40,154 bases of DNA from Octopus bimaculoides (lineage: Eukaryota). The notes below the pieces were generated by a model. It was given only the letters and a program-made list of their open reading frames with translations. It did not search any database and had not been told where the DNA came from. The stretch's first letter is position 1, and each line of letters starts with the position of its first letter. Where the stretch lies: positions 19,926,774 through 19,966,927 of the forward strand of contig NC_069004.1 of the NCBI RefSeq assembly GCF_001194135.2. The letters run 5' to 3'. Shown one piece after another: positions 12,001-24,510 of this stretch. Position numbers and translations under genes: made by a program.

Positions 12001-12890
12001 CGTGGTTGTATCAAAACGTTTCCGGACTAGTTATGTTCCATAAAAAATAACTCACTTACCCAAGTTTTAACATTATCTCCTTTGATATAGTCACCTTGTG
12101 CAGCAATATAATGTTCCCAGTGTTCTTGCCACTTTTGGAATTTGGCCTAGAAGTTATTTTCTGTAAGTGAGTTGAGGACCTTCTGCAATTCACTCTTGAT
12201 CTTGACAACAGTGTTAAAATGGCAACCTTTGAGCTACATTTTCATTTCGGAGGAGTGATGGAAGTCTGTAGGTGCTAAATCTGGTGAATAGTGCAAGTGT
12301 GGAAGCGATACCATGTTGTCTTTGGTGAGAAACTCACAAGTGAGGACAGGGTGCATTGTCATGAAGAATCCAATTCTTTATGTTCTACAGATTCAGTCAC
12401 TTTCACCAAATGTCCTTCCTCAAATGCTTCACAATGTTGCAGTAGAATTCTCTATTGACAGTTTGGCCCTGAGGAAATGAATTCTTGATGCTCAGTACCA
12501 CTGATGTTGAAAAAAAAACAATGAGCATGCTCTCGATTGAGCTGCAGGTCTGTCGTGCTTCCTTCGGTCATGGAGATGAAGGGCTCTTCCATTGTGACAA
12601 CTGCTGCTTTGTCTCAGGATCGTACCCATAGACCCAACTCTCATCACTGGTGATGGTCCTCAACGTGAAGGATGGGTAATCAGTGGCATGCTGACAGAGA
12701 TCTTGAGTCTTTGATGCGATGTTCTTTCTGGTCAGTGATCAGCAGGTAAGGGACAAACTCGGCAGAGATACACCACATGTTCAATTCGAACATTAGGATT
12801 GCCTGCACAGGCTCATACAAGAGACCAACAACATCAGCCATGTTGTTGATTGTCCTCCAATGAACCTCATGCACAAGCTGATGAATATAC
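12001..12890 (-). mobile_element. mariner (DD34D-type) transposase remnant with a probable 3' TIR
   Basis: Minus-strand frames give ITSDESWVYGYDPETKQQ, WILHDNAPC and YSPDLAPTDF; TIR-like cgtggttgtatcaaaacgtttccggact at 12001-12028; no matching 5' TIR found. Confidence 0.88.
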
Positions 12891-13439
12891 AAATAAAGAA
12901 ATTTTATCCATCAATGCAGTGTTGAGCACTCATTCTCGGCATTTAACATTTATTTACACTTACATCTTCGTGGATGCTTGTATGAGCAAGTGCACATGCA
13001 CCATGCAGCTTGCATGATTAACAGTTATTTTTAAAACTTTACTTGCTGTATTGCGTGTTCGTTTCTTTTTTGCATCTGTCATTTTATCTTTAATCTTCTA
13101 TATAAATGAAAATATATCCTTTAATTTGCCACTTTTCTTTACACGAAATGAGAGGATACATTACAGAGCTGTTATTTTAATGAGTTATGTCTATTATTAC
13201 CCAAAGAAACACATCTGCACCGTTGGATGCTCCTGAACCAGTTGTTCAGTACTCCACTCATAACGGATTGATGCTAGGTGTGTTGAAACAATTATCATGA
13301 TTAATAAAAAGTCTCGTATCTTCCATTTTCCATCTTTCATATATACATATATATATATCAATACATATAACACATGTATACACAAACTCACATGCACCTC
13401 AATACAAAATATAAACAGTACCCATACACATTCATATGT

Positions 13440-13910
13440 CAATGTTATTTAGAGTAACCTTTCTAGTCCAGAGCTTTCCATCAAACTTGGTAAAAGTGCG
13501 ACAGGCTGTGGAAACAGTACCATTTTCTTTTCTAGGAAGATCAGAGTTTTCTATTGTTAATATAGGTGATTTGTTTAGTAAGACCAGGGAAACACTAGAA
13601 TAATAGTGATCAATATCAACTTGAATGAATTTATGTTTATCCTAATATTCTAAAGATCTAAACCAATTAATAACACTGGTTGTCTTGGACCGATTCCAAT
13701 AGCCACTCCAACTTCTTTTATTCTTTGTGTTATCCTGGCTTTCATTTGCATTCTCCATTACAGTGGGCTAGTTTCAATTAAACAGTCACAAATACTTGAT
13801 GCAAAAGTACACAAGACATTCACAATGTTATGTAAGATGCCCTCAATGGGCTTTCGAACAGCTGTAGAACTCAACTACCTCTTTCGTCCCTTTTATTTAC
13901 TAACATCTAT
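13440..13910 (-). mobile_element. Penelope-like element RT fragment
   Basis: Minus-strand TSVINWFRSLEY*DKHKFIQVDIDHYYSSVSLVLLNKS...TACRTFTKFDGKLWTRK resembles the PLE RT region containing the first catalytic Asp. Confidence 0.75.
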
Positions 13911-13948
13911 AAAGAAACACAAACACACATGCGTAGACGATATATATA

Positions 13949-14028
13949 GGTGCAAGTATAATTGTGTGGTAAGAAGTTTGCTTCCCAACTACATGGTTCA
14001 GGGTTCAGTCTCACTACTTAGCACCTGG
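13949..14028 (+). mobile_element. SINE head fragment
   Basis: TGTGTGGTAAGAAGTTTGCTTCCCAAC...GGTTCAGGGTTCAGTC matches the other SINE copies in the window. Confidence 0.8.
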
Positions 14029-14110
14029 TTTTGAGGGTTAAAAATGCACCTGAGTCTTAAAATGAGTTGAAGTTTTTAAATACAAGTTTAAATGTTCAAT
14101 GATTGAAAGT

Positions 14111-15971
14111 GTGACCAGTAAATTCCACTTGAAAAATAACGGTGTATAGAAAACTAATTACACACACCCTTGTTACACACTTCTTAACTAATTAATCATT
14201 AGTTAAATTCCACTTGGAAAATTTCACTGCGGTATATTCCACTAAGGTAAATTCAACTACAGTAAATGGTCTATAGAAAACTAATTACACACACCCTTGT
14301 TACACACTTCTCAACCAATTAGTCGTTAGTTAAAGTACAGGTTTATGCCATTGTTACTCATTTGTTAACTGAATTTCACTGTACTGCTAATTTTTTTTCT
14401 ATCCACTTTAACTTTGAACTTTGAAACCTTCAACCATGGCAACATTTATAACACCAGAGAAGAAAAAACATAAGCTTTGTGATGAAGAGAATCATATATA
14501 CAAAAAAGAATGGAGTTAACAGTACAAAAGTAAAATATATTGGCATTGTGAACCTTTTCACAAAGGTTGCTGGGCTAGAGTACATGCAACTTTCAAGTCC
14601 AGTACATCAGAAGTTATTTTTTCAATGGGCTCCCATAATCACTCAGCAAGCAGTGCCAACGTTAGTGCCTGAAAGGCAGTTTATTCAATGAAAAGTGAAG
14701 TAATGAGAACAGGCACAGTATCTTCATGGGAAGTAATAGCTACTGCTGTACAAAATCTCGATGAGGAAGCACAATCAATGTTGCAAACTATTCCTGGACT
14801 TTAACGTAACATATGTAACTGGAGGCAGCATGCTTTAGGAAATCCCAGTACTTCTAACTTGATGTTCAGGGTTTGAAAATTCCTGATGCAGTTAAGTACT
14901 TACAAAATGGGTCCTTGTTTTTGGTCTTTGACGGTGGCATTGATGACTCAGACAGAATTTTAGTTTTTTCCTCTGAAAAAAGCTTGGATGATCTAGAAAT
15001 CTCTGAAAATTGGGCCTTTCATGGGATTTTAAGGTGTCTCCTAGTTTGTGGTGTCAGCTTTTCATGCTACATATCATCATTGGAGGGTCATATGTGCCCA
15101 GGCTATTTGCCTTACTTACTGCCAAAAAAGAAGCCTCATAGCATCGTGTTCTGCCTGCTATGTGGGATTTAAGAGCAAATTGTCAACCTGCGACTTGTCT
15201 CATGGACTTTGAAAAAGTTATCCATAATTCATTTGTTTCTGTATTTCCACATTTAGAAGTAGTTGGGTGTGTTTTTCATCTCGAACAGTCTATTTGGTGA
15301 AAGATATGTGCACTTGGTGAGAGTAGGAGATACAACATGGATGAAAGTATTCAGCTTAAAATTAAGTACTTTTGTACTTTAGCATTTTTACCAATTGAAG
15401 ACTTTGTTAATGGATTTGAAGATTTGTCTGATGATGAAAGCATCTCTTCTGAGTTTATCACTTATTTTGAGAATTCATACATTGGGACTGTAAGGGTCTT
15501 CGTTGACAAAGACCTTTACAGTTTCCTATCCAACTCTGGAATATATGCGACTGCATTTTAAATGACTTGCCAAGAGTAAATAATTTGGTAGAAGGGTTCT
15601 ATAATGCTTTGTGGTCATCCAAATTTGTGGAAACTTTGTAATGCCCTTAAGACCAAAGAAGGCTTAAGGCAGACAAAAATTGCACACATTCAACGTGAGG
15701 ACTTGACAACAAAAAAAAAGTCCTATCAAATAATTGATGCATGACTTAAAGAATTATCAATCTGAAAATGCTCTGGAATTTTTAAGAAATATTGCATGTA
15801 ATTTGTCATAAAAGAATTTTCTTCAAATATATTAAACTTTTTTCATAACTTTATTTTTATGTATTCGCCATCATTTTTATGTAAATATGTGAATAAGATG
15901 TGAGCTAAAATATTACCTATAGTGAAATTTATCTTAGTGGAATTTACCATAGTGGAATTTACCTTGAACCA
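14111..15971 (+). mobile_element. Mutator/MULE DNA transposon, near full length
   Basis: ATTGAAAGT at 14102-14110 and 15972-15980 (9-bp TSD); inverted subterminal GGTAAATTCCACT repeats at both ends; transposase pseudogene inside. Confidence 0.88.
14436..15760 (+). pseudogene. FLYWCH zinc finger plus MULE transposase, disrupted
   Basis: IYWHC...GCWARVH...SHNH (FLYWCH-like); CLMDFEK, GCVFHLEQSIW, LAFLP, ITYFENSYIG, LPRVNNLVEGFY (MULE catalytic region). Confidence 0.85.
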
Positions 15972-18900
15972 ATTGAAAGTTCACTAACATTGAGTGATAT
16001 TAACAACTAGCTTAAACACCACACTGTGTGGACTTTTAAGCTAGCTCCTGCCTTTGCCCAAAACTGAAGAGAACAATAATAATAAAGCATTTGTTGGTAT
16101 TCTACCAATATGGTATTACTTTAAATTCAGTTTAAATGAAAAATTTGTAAGTTCACAAATTTTTTGAGTTCTTTTAAAATTTGCATTTCAACAAATACTC
16201 ATCCCAATGCTGGATGTTCAAGAGCCAAATGAAAGGTAGATTTTCAGTTCTAGGATCATTGCAGTGCATGAAGGAAGATTCTTCATCACTGCTTTTTATG
16301 GTAAGAACTTGAACCGTTTAAGCTGAAATTGCTTTGTATATATAGGTTTTTAAGGTATAGGTTTGATAAACATTTTACAAAATTTTTTTAACTTGTCTGA
16401 AGTAAACTGAGTTCCTTTATCAGACACAATGATATCAGGAATACCATATTTGGCAGACAATTCATGTAAAAATCTAAAAAGCTTTTTACACTTATGCACT
16501 TCAGGCCACTTAGGAAAACTGTCTACCACAACAAGATAATGGAACCATTAAGTGGACCTGCATCATCAGCATGCAGTCTGGACCATGGGATATCTGCTTT
16601 TGGCCACAGTTGCCATTTTGTGTTAGGTGATTTTGCTGCTAGCACACAACCTCTGCATACTTTCACTAGTTCTTCAACGTTACGGTCAATTCTTGGCCAA
16701 TATACATAACTTCTCATTAATGATTTCATTCTCAAAATCCCTGGGTGACCAATGTGAAATTATCTTAGTAATTGCTTCTGTAGTGTGGCTAGCACTACAA
16801 CTCTTTGTGCATACATTAACACATTGTCACAAATTGAGAACAGGTTCGAATTTGTGTTGCATTTAACAAAACACATATTTTTATACCTTTTAGCCCTCAG
16901 CATTTCTTTCATTTTTTTAATAAATTTATCATTTTCTGCTTTTAATTTTATGTCTTGTAACGTCACTGGTAATTCATGTATGACATTACATAGAATATTT
17001 CTAATTTTATTTTCTACTCACAATGCTGCAGTCACGGTATCCTCAAATGGTTCAGTATATTTTGGTATCAACTTTGATAAACAATTGGCATATCCTGATT
17101 TCTTAGATGGTATAAATTCCATCTTAAAATCATAGTTTAGTAATATAGTACTCCAGCATTGCAACCTATTAGCAGTATGGGTAGGGATTCATTTCTACAA
17201 CCAATATATAGATAATAATGGATGGTGATCAGTCTGTAGTTGAAAATTTCTACTGTCTAAAAATCTATGAAATTTTTTACAGTAAAAATAATTGTTAATG
17301 CCGCCTTTTCAATTTGGCTGTAATTTTTTTCTGCAGGTAGTAGCAAACATGAGGCATGAACCACGGCCTTTATGTTACCGTCTTCATATTTATATAGCAT
17401 TACTGCTCCGATATCATACACATCTGAAGACAAATCAGAAGTTAATATCTTTTTAATTTCGTCGAACACCTGACAATTTTCAGACCAATTCCACTTCACA
17501 ACTTTTGTTAACGGATTATTTAGTGGGCTCTTACCTTGTGCATATTTGGTATATAAATTTGATAGCTTGTAAGGTAGCATATTTGGAGGGAGCATATTTT
17601 TAATTGCATCTATCCTCTACAGCTCTGGTTGACAACCATTTTTATGAACGTTTTGTCCTAAATATTTAATTTTAGATAAGAAAAATTCACATTTCTCCTC
17701 ACTCAGTATGAAACCATAATCGCTTATTTTTTCAAAAACACATTTTACATGCTGATCACGGGATTCAGTTTTAATTAATATATCATCCAGGTAGGCCATC
17801 ATGAAGTCACACTCTGCAAGCATCGTATCCATTGCTTGTTGGAATATAGCCAGAGTAACTTTTATGCCAAACAGAAGCTGGTTAAATTTGTACAGACCTT
17901 TATGGGTATTAATTGTTAGAAGTTTAGTACATACGTCTTCCACTTGTATTTGTAAGCAAGCATCAGAAAGATCTAATTTTGAGAACAATTTACCACCATT
18001 TAGTTCTGTGAAGATTTCCTCTGGATATCATCTTAAACATTCATTTAGTCCCATTGAGAAATCTGAACATACACGAATTTTATTGTCCTTTTTAACATAC
18101 ACTGTTGGAGATACCCAATGTGAGTAGTTGATCTTTTCAATCACTCCCATTTTTTCCAGTCTGTCTAATTCTTTATTCATTTACTCCATTGCTGCAAATG
18201 GTACATTACATTTGGGTTTGAAAACTGGTAATGAATTTTATTTTACCTGAAATTTGGTTTTAAATTTATTGCACTGACTTAAGTCGTCTGGAAAAACATC
18301 AGGGAACAATCTTTACACTTCTTTTTTATAATTTTCTGACTCTGTATTTGAACTGGCATATGATCCCATTACATTTTTACAAAAATTATTTATGGCCAAA
18401 TCCCATAAGTCGAACAGTTCCATCCAGTTAGTTCCAAAAAGGTTGCTTGTATTTTTTAATAGATAAGCTTTTGCTTTCATAGTCTTACTTTCATAGTCTT
18501 ACAGATAATTTCACCTTTAAAAATTAATTTAATCCCCAAGACTCCATGGGAAATCTTTGAGGTTTTCTGTAATGTAGATTTCCTGATATTCTTCCATGTG
18601 TTTTTCATTAATTAAAATAATGTCACTACCTGTATCTAACTGTAATTTTACATTTGTATTATTTTTACATACACAAATTTCCTTTGAGTCTTGTTTGTAT
18701 TTTTTGTCACCAATAAACTGTTTACATGATTTTTTCTCTCGAACCATTTTCTAGGTTTTATTTTACAGTGTAATTTTTTGTGACCTGTCTTACCAGAAGT
18801 ATTTTTTATTTCTATAAGGACAACTGAATCTGTAGTTTAATTCTCCACATCTAAAACATGGGTTAATTTTCTGCTTTTCATTACTTACTCTTGGTCACAT

Positions 18901-19604
18901 CAATTGTATATGTTCCATATTGTGCCTTCAGTTTATTATTCTCTGGCGTTCCTCAGATATTTTTTGTAGTGTTAGTTTCTGATTCTGCTCTAATTTAGTC
19001 AGAATTCGGTTATGAATTTCTGCATCTTTCTTTGCTGTTACACCGTGCACAAAAATTAAACATTTAAAGATGTCTGATGTTAATACATTAATTTTAAATC
19101 TTTTGCATACCCTATTAACGATTCCAGTATATGTAATAAAATCTTCATCCTCTTTTTTTGTAATATTCATGCATTGCCAGTGTATATTAAATAAAGAGAT
19201 ATTTTTGCTGAAAATTTTTGATAGAATATCCACAGTTTCTTCAAAACAGATTTCACCCAATCTCTTTGGTAATATGTAATTGCAATATTTTTTATGCTCA
19301 GCTGGTGCCAACTTTTCAACAAAAGTCAAGTTTTTTTTGTGTGGCCAGTTGGAGCATTCTTCTTTAAAAATCTCTTTATAACTTCTAAAGTAAGCAGGAA
19401 AGGTAAGTACCCTCATCGGGGTTGTATGCAAACTCTCCAATGGAGTTTACAAATGAATAAACTCAATGTATTTTTGGTTTTGTTGAGTAACAGTTGTATT
19501 AACAGTTGCTGTTGCTTCTACAATTTTAACGACTGCTGTTGAAACTGTTGTTGCTGTTTCTGTAATTTAATTACTCAAGCTAGTAAATCTTCCATGTCCT
19601 GTAT

Positions 19605-19626
19605 GGGTTCGAATATCTTGTCACCA
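19605..19626 (-). promoter_or_regulatory. Primer-binding site, probably tRNA-Ser(GCU)
   Basis: TGGTGACAAGATATTCGAACCC versus TGGCGACGAGGATGGGATTCGAACCC, the complement of the tRNA-Ser(GCU) 3' end as recalled from the vertebrate sequence. Confidence 0.65.
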
Positions 19627-19630
19627 AAAA

Positions 19631-19932
19631 TGTAATGGCAAGAGTTGTGCACAAGGGTGTAAGAATAGCTTTATCCAAATAGATATTTGGATATGGTTAT
19701 CTAGAATTACATTTTGCAGAATTAATGTTCACACAGAATGCACTCCGTACTACTCCAATATTAAACTAACACAGTAACCATTACAGACAATCAATGCTGT
19801 CAACCGTACTGCTGTCAAATGCTCATCAACTACTCGCTTTCAACTATCAATATTTCACACAGATTCTTTATTTTATTGAAATGCGTTAGTCCACTTTCAG
19901 TCATGCAGGAGTGGTCAGGATCCTTCCTAACA
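19631..19932 (-). repeat. 5' LTR of Gypsy-2 (about 300 bp)
   Basis: The minus strand reads TGTTAGG...CATTACA, followed after TTTT by the PBS; the outer boundary could instead be 19938. Confidence 0.65.
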
Positions 19933-19934
19933 TA

Positions 19935-19986
<52 letters not shown>

Positions 19987-20675
19987 NNNNNNNNNNNNNN
20001 NNNNNNNNNNNNNNNNNNNNNNNNNNNNNNNNNNNNNNNNNNNNNNNNNNNNNNNNNNNNNNNNNNNNNNNNNNNNNNNNNNNNNNNNNNNNNNNNNNNN
20101 NNNNNNNNNNNNNNNNNNNNNNNNNNNNNNNNNNNNNNNNNNNNNNNNNNNNNNNNNNNNNNNNNNNNNNNNNNNNNNNNNNNNNNNNNNNNNNNNNNNN
20201 NNNNNNNNNNNNNNNNNNNNNNNNNNNNNNNNNNNNNNNNNNNNNNNNNNNNNNNNNNNNNNNNNNNNNNNNNNNNNNNNNNNNNNNNNNNNNNNNNNNN
20301 NNNNNNNNNNNNNNNNNNNNNNNNNNNNNNNNNNNNNNNNNNNNNNNNNNNNNNNNNNNNNNNNNNNNNNNNNNNNNNNNNNNNNNNNNNNNNNNNNNNN
20401 NNNNNNNNNNNNNNNNNNNNNNNNNNNNNNNNNNNNNNNNNNNNNNNNNNNNNNNNNNNNNNNNNNNNNNNNNNNNNNNNNNNNNNNNNNNNNNNNNNNN
20501 NNNNNNNNNNNNNNNNNNNNNNNNNNNNNNNNNNNNNNNNNNNNNNNNNNNNNNNNNNNNNNNNNNNNNNNNNNNNNNNNNNNNNNNNNNNNNNNNNNNN
20601 NNNNNNNNNNNNNNNNNNNNNNNNNNNNNNNNNNNNNNNNNNNNNNNNNNNNNNNNNNNNNNNNNNNNNNNNNNN

Positions 20676-20719
<44 letters not shown>

Positions 20720-20720
<1 letters not shown>

Positions 20721-20860
20721 TAACAGATTTTTAAAATTTCGTCTTTTTAGTGAGTGATTCACAATATAAACGACATTCTCTGTTTCTCCACAACTAATTT
20801 CCAAATTTGCTGAATCTGCTCTACTCATAGCGACATATAGCTGGTGGTGCTTGAACATGG
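20720..20860 (-). mobile_element. Helitron/PIF1-like helicase C-terminal fragment
   Basis: MFKHHQLYVAMSR...TENVVY resembles the FSHGQLYVALSR...T.NVVY ending of RepHel; the match is short. Confidence 0.55.
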
Positions 20861-21101
20861 GAGAGAGCAGAAGTTACCAGAGCAAAAATCCTAAGTGTTG
20901 ACTGTAGACACTCTCCTTCACAAATAATCAGCTATTATTTTGTAAACAATGTTACAAAACTGTTCATGTTTTCCAAAGGAGAGATCTGACACTCACATCT
21001 CTGCGGGAGAAGATAGGACTCTCTATTACTTTTACAAAACTTACGTCTGGGTGCCAAATTTGCCTCAATTGATGGTATTACTCAGGTAATCCTAACTTAA
21101 T

Positions 21102-21129
21102 CCCAAGCAAAGCCGGGCTATAGTGCTAG
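21102..21129 (+). mobile_element. Helitron-type 3' terminus (short hairpin plus CTAG|T)
   Basis: cccaagcaaagccgggctatagtgCTAG followed by T; near-identical layout at 28031-28058. Confidence 0.65.
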
Positions 21130-21145
21130 TATATATATATATATA

Positions 21146-21501
21146 GGCATGGCTGTGTGGTAATAAGCTTGCTTCCCAACCACATGGTTCCGAATTCAGT
21201 CCCACAGTGTGGAATCATGGGCAGACCAAAGCCTTGTGAGTGGATCTGGTAGGTGGAAACTGAAAGAAGCCCATCGTATATATGTATATATTTATGTGTA
21301 TGTGTGTGTCTGGGTTTGTCCACCCACCGTCGCTTGACAACCGATGCTGGTGTGTTTATGTTCCTGTAACTTAGTGGTTTGGCAAAAGAGAACCAATAGA
21401 ATAAGTACCAGGCTTATAAAGAATAAATCCTGGGGTTGATTTGTTCAACTAAAGGCGGTGCTCCAGCATAGCCACAGTCAAATGACTGAATCAAGTAAAA
21501 G

Positions 21502-21506
<5 letters not shown>
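21146..21506 (+). mobile_element. tRNA-derived SINE
   Basis: Head, body and tail match the 8260-8693 copy; there is a short deletion after the head. Confidence 0.9.
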
Positions 21507-21538
<32 letters not shown>

Positions 21539-21720
21539 NNNNNNNNNNNNNNNNNNNNNNNNNNNNNNNNNNNNNNNNNNNNNNNNNNNNNNNNNNNNNN
21601 NNNNNNNNNNNNNNNNNNNNNNNNNNNNNNNNNNNNNNNNNNNNNNNNNNNNNNNNNNNNNNNNNNNNNNNNNNNNNNNNNNNNNNNNNNNNNNNNNNNN
21701 NNNNNNNNNNNNNNNNNNNN

Positions 21721-22910
21721 AAACCCCCTCAGGTAGATGGCCCTGCTCAATCTGTAGAAAAGGCATGGGTACAAACTCCATACTATGTACCCGATGTAAG
21801 CTGTGTACACATAAAAGGTGCAGCAATATCAAAGGAAGGTTAACCGGGAAGATAGTTTTTGTGTGTGGCAGATGTACAGGGGCAATGTATAGAAAACAGA
21901 TTCCATCACCTGCAAGGAGGAAAAACTAGAAGTAGTTAACAACTTCCGCTACCTAGGTGCCCGAGTCAGTATTGGGGGTAGTTGCTCTGAGAGTGTAGTG
22001 GTGAGAATAAGAATAGCCTGGGCAATGTTCAAAGAATTCCTACCTCTGCTGGCAACAAAGGGCCTCTCACTCAGGATGAAATGTAGACTGTATGATGCAT
22101 GTGTACGAACTGCCATGCTACATGGCAGTGAAACATGGGCCATGGACATGCATAGGCTTGAAAGAAATGAAGCTAGTATGATCCACTGGATGTGTAGTGT
22201 CAGTGTGCATACATGACACAGTGTAAGCACCTTGAGAGAAAAGTTGGATATAAGAAGTATCAAATGTGGTGTGCAAGAGAGATGACTGCACTGGTATGGT
22301 CATGTGCTGCGTATGGATGAGGACAGCTGTGTGAGGAAGTGCCACACCCTAACTCTGGGAGGAACCTGTGGAAGAGGTAGACCCAAGAAGACATGGGATG
22401 AAATAGTGAAACATGACCTTCAAACATTGGGCCTCACAGAGGCAATGACAGAAGACAGACACCTTTGGAGATATGCTGTAATTGAGAAGACCCAGCAACT
22501 AAAGTGAGATTGTAGTCATGGCTGATGCCAGTGTTGCATGTCCGGCCCATTTAAGGGTACTCTTGATGTGTTGGGCGATATGATATGCTTGAGAAGACCT
22601 GTTGAGTCAAGTAAAGCCAATATCGTAGTTGTGGCCAGTGCCCCCTGACTGGCTCCCATGCCGGTGGCGTGTAAAAAGCACTGTCCGAACATGATCGATG
22701 CCAGGCCCACCTGACTGGCTCCTGTGCTGGTGGCATGTAGAAAGCACCCACCACACTCTTGGAGTGATTGGCATTAGGAGTGGTATCCAGCTGTAGAAAC
22801 ATTGCCAGATCAGATTGGAGCCTGGTGTAGCTGCTGGCTCTCCAGACATCAGTCAAACCGTCCAACCCATGCCAGCATGGAAAACGGACATTAAACGATG
22901 ATGATGATGA
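21721..22910 (+). mobile_element. RTE family 1 copy C: RT C-terminus, 3' UTR, (GAT)n tail
   Basis: RLYDACVRTAMLHGSETWA and CGRGRPKKTWDE; tail at 22897-22910. Confidence 0.93.
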
Positions 22911-22911
22911 A

Positions 22912-24186
22912 CAGTGGGGGTAGGTGCACTGAAAGTGTAGCTGCTAGAAAAAGAATAGCCTGGGCAAAGTTCAGAGAGCTCTCACCTCTGCTGGCGACAA
23001 TGGGCCTCTCACTCAGAGCAAAAGGCAGACTGTATGACGCATGTGTACGAACAGCCACGCTACATGGCAGTAAAACATGGGCTGTGACTGCTGAGGACAT
23101 GAGTAAGCTCGCAAGGAATGAAGCCAATAAGCACCACTGGATGAGTAATGTCAGTGTGCATACCTGACAGAGTGTAAGTATCTTGAGAGAAAAGTTGAAC
23201 ATAAGAAGCATCAATTATGTTGTGCAAGAGAGACGATTGCACTGGTATGGACATGTGGTGAGAATGGATGAGGATAGCTGTATGAAAAAGTGCCACACCC
23301 TAGCAGTTGAGGGAACCCATGGAAGAAGTAGGCCCAGGAAGACCTGGGATGAGGTGGTGAAGCACAACCTCCAAACATTAGGCCTCACCGAGACAATGAC
23401 TTGTGACCGTGACCTTTGGAAATATGCTGTGCGTGAGAAGACCCAGCAAGCCAAGTGAGACCAAAATCCAAGGCCTCTGCCAGGGATGTAGCCAGCCCAC
23501 TTACACGTAACATTCCTTCATTGGACACTAAACTCCGCTTGCGAAGACATGGTGAGGCAAGTGAAATCGAAATCGAACTAAATTTGTTGGAACACTAAAC
23601 TCAGCTTGCGAAAATCTGTTGGGGCAAGTGAAAGCGAAATTGTGATGGCACCTGTACCAGTGGAGCACTAAGAGCACTGTCTGAGCGCGATCGTTGCCAG
23701 AGCAGCTGTCTGGCTTCTGTGCCAGTGGCACGTAAATAGCACCAGTGTGATCGTTACCAACGTCGCCTTCTTGGCACTTGTGCCAGTGGCACGTGACAAG
23801 ACATTCGAGCGAGATCGTTGCCCCTATGCAGGTGACACGTAAAATACACAATTTCGAGTGTGGCCATTGCTAGTAAGACATTTGAGCGAGATTGTTGCCA
23901 GAGCCGATGGACTGGCTCCTATGCAGGTGGTACGTAAAATACACCATTTCAAGCGTGGCCATCGCCAGTACCGCCTGACTGGCCCTTGTGCCAGTGGTAC
24001 GTAAAAGTACCCACTACACTCTCGGAGTGGTTGGCATTAGGAAGGGCATCCAGCTGTAGAAACTCTGCCAAATTAGATTGGAGCCTGGTGTTGCCTCTTG
24101 GTTCACCAGTTCTCAGTCAAATCATCCAACCCGTGCTAGCATGGAAAGCGGACGTTAAACAATGATGATGATGATGATGATGATGA
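22912..24186 (+). mobile_element. RTE family 1 copy D: 5'-truncated, abutting the tail of copy C, long modular 3' UTR
   Basis: ORFs 22898-23167 and 23183-23458 repeat the same RT C-terminus as copy C; (GAT)n tail at about 24162-24186. Confidence 0.93.
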
Positions 24187-24475
24187 TATATATCAGGGAC
24201 ATGAAATAGACTGATACCAACATTTTCGTCTCCTGGCAAAATATGCATCTAATTCTTCAAAATTATGAAGGTTAATCTGATTACTATGCATAGAACTGCT
24301 GTAGTACACGTGCTGCATACATTTCTACCGCACTGTTTCTTTTATGTGCTATAAAGGCAGAAACAGATCTGCTGTCAACTCATTCCCGTGCCTGTGTTTT
24401 GCTCATTTTTTCTGTTTTACTACATAAAGGTTGCCAACTGCCTACCCTGAGTAATTACTGGCAGCATGTGCTTGA

Positions 24476-24510
<35 letters not shown>

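Larger units (their letters stand above)
16370..19932 (-). mobile_element. Ty3/Gypsy remnant 2 (Mag-like): 5' LTR, PBS, gag-pol; 3'-truncated within integrase
   Basis: gag ATG at 19595 (MEDLL...Gln-rich); LQLDTGSD protease; RT MAYLDDILIK; RNase H YSQIEKAAL; integrase MRSYVYWPRIDRNVEELVKVCRGC and IVSDKGTQF. Confidence 0.93.

Noticed and set aside
11566-12043. ORFs rich in YIYIYI/CVCV/HTHT
   Set aside because: Translations of dinucleotide microsatellites.
13197-13300. Possible minus-strand host exon
   Set aside because: Weak splice sites; it lies between PLE-like and mariner debris and is more likely decayed element sequence.
13654-14034. Plus-strand open frame with a hydrophobic, TM-like stretch
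   Set aside because: Antisense to a PLE RT fragment and runs into a SINE head.
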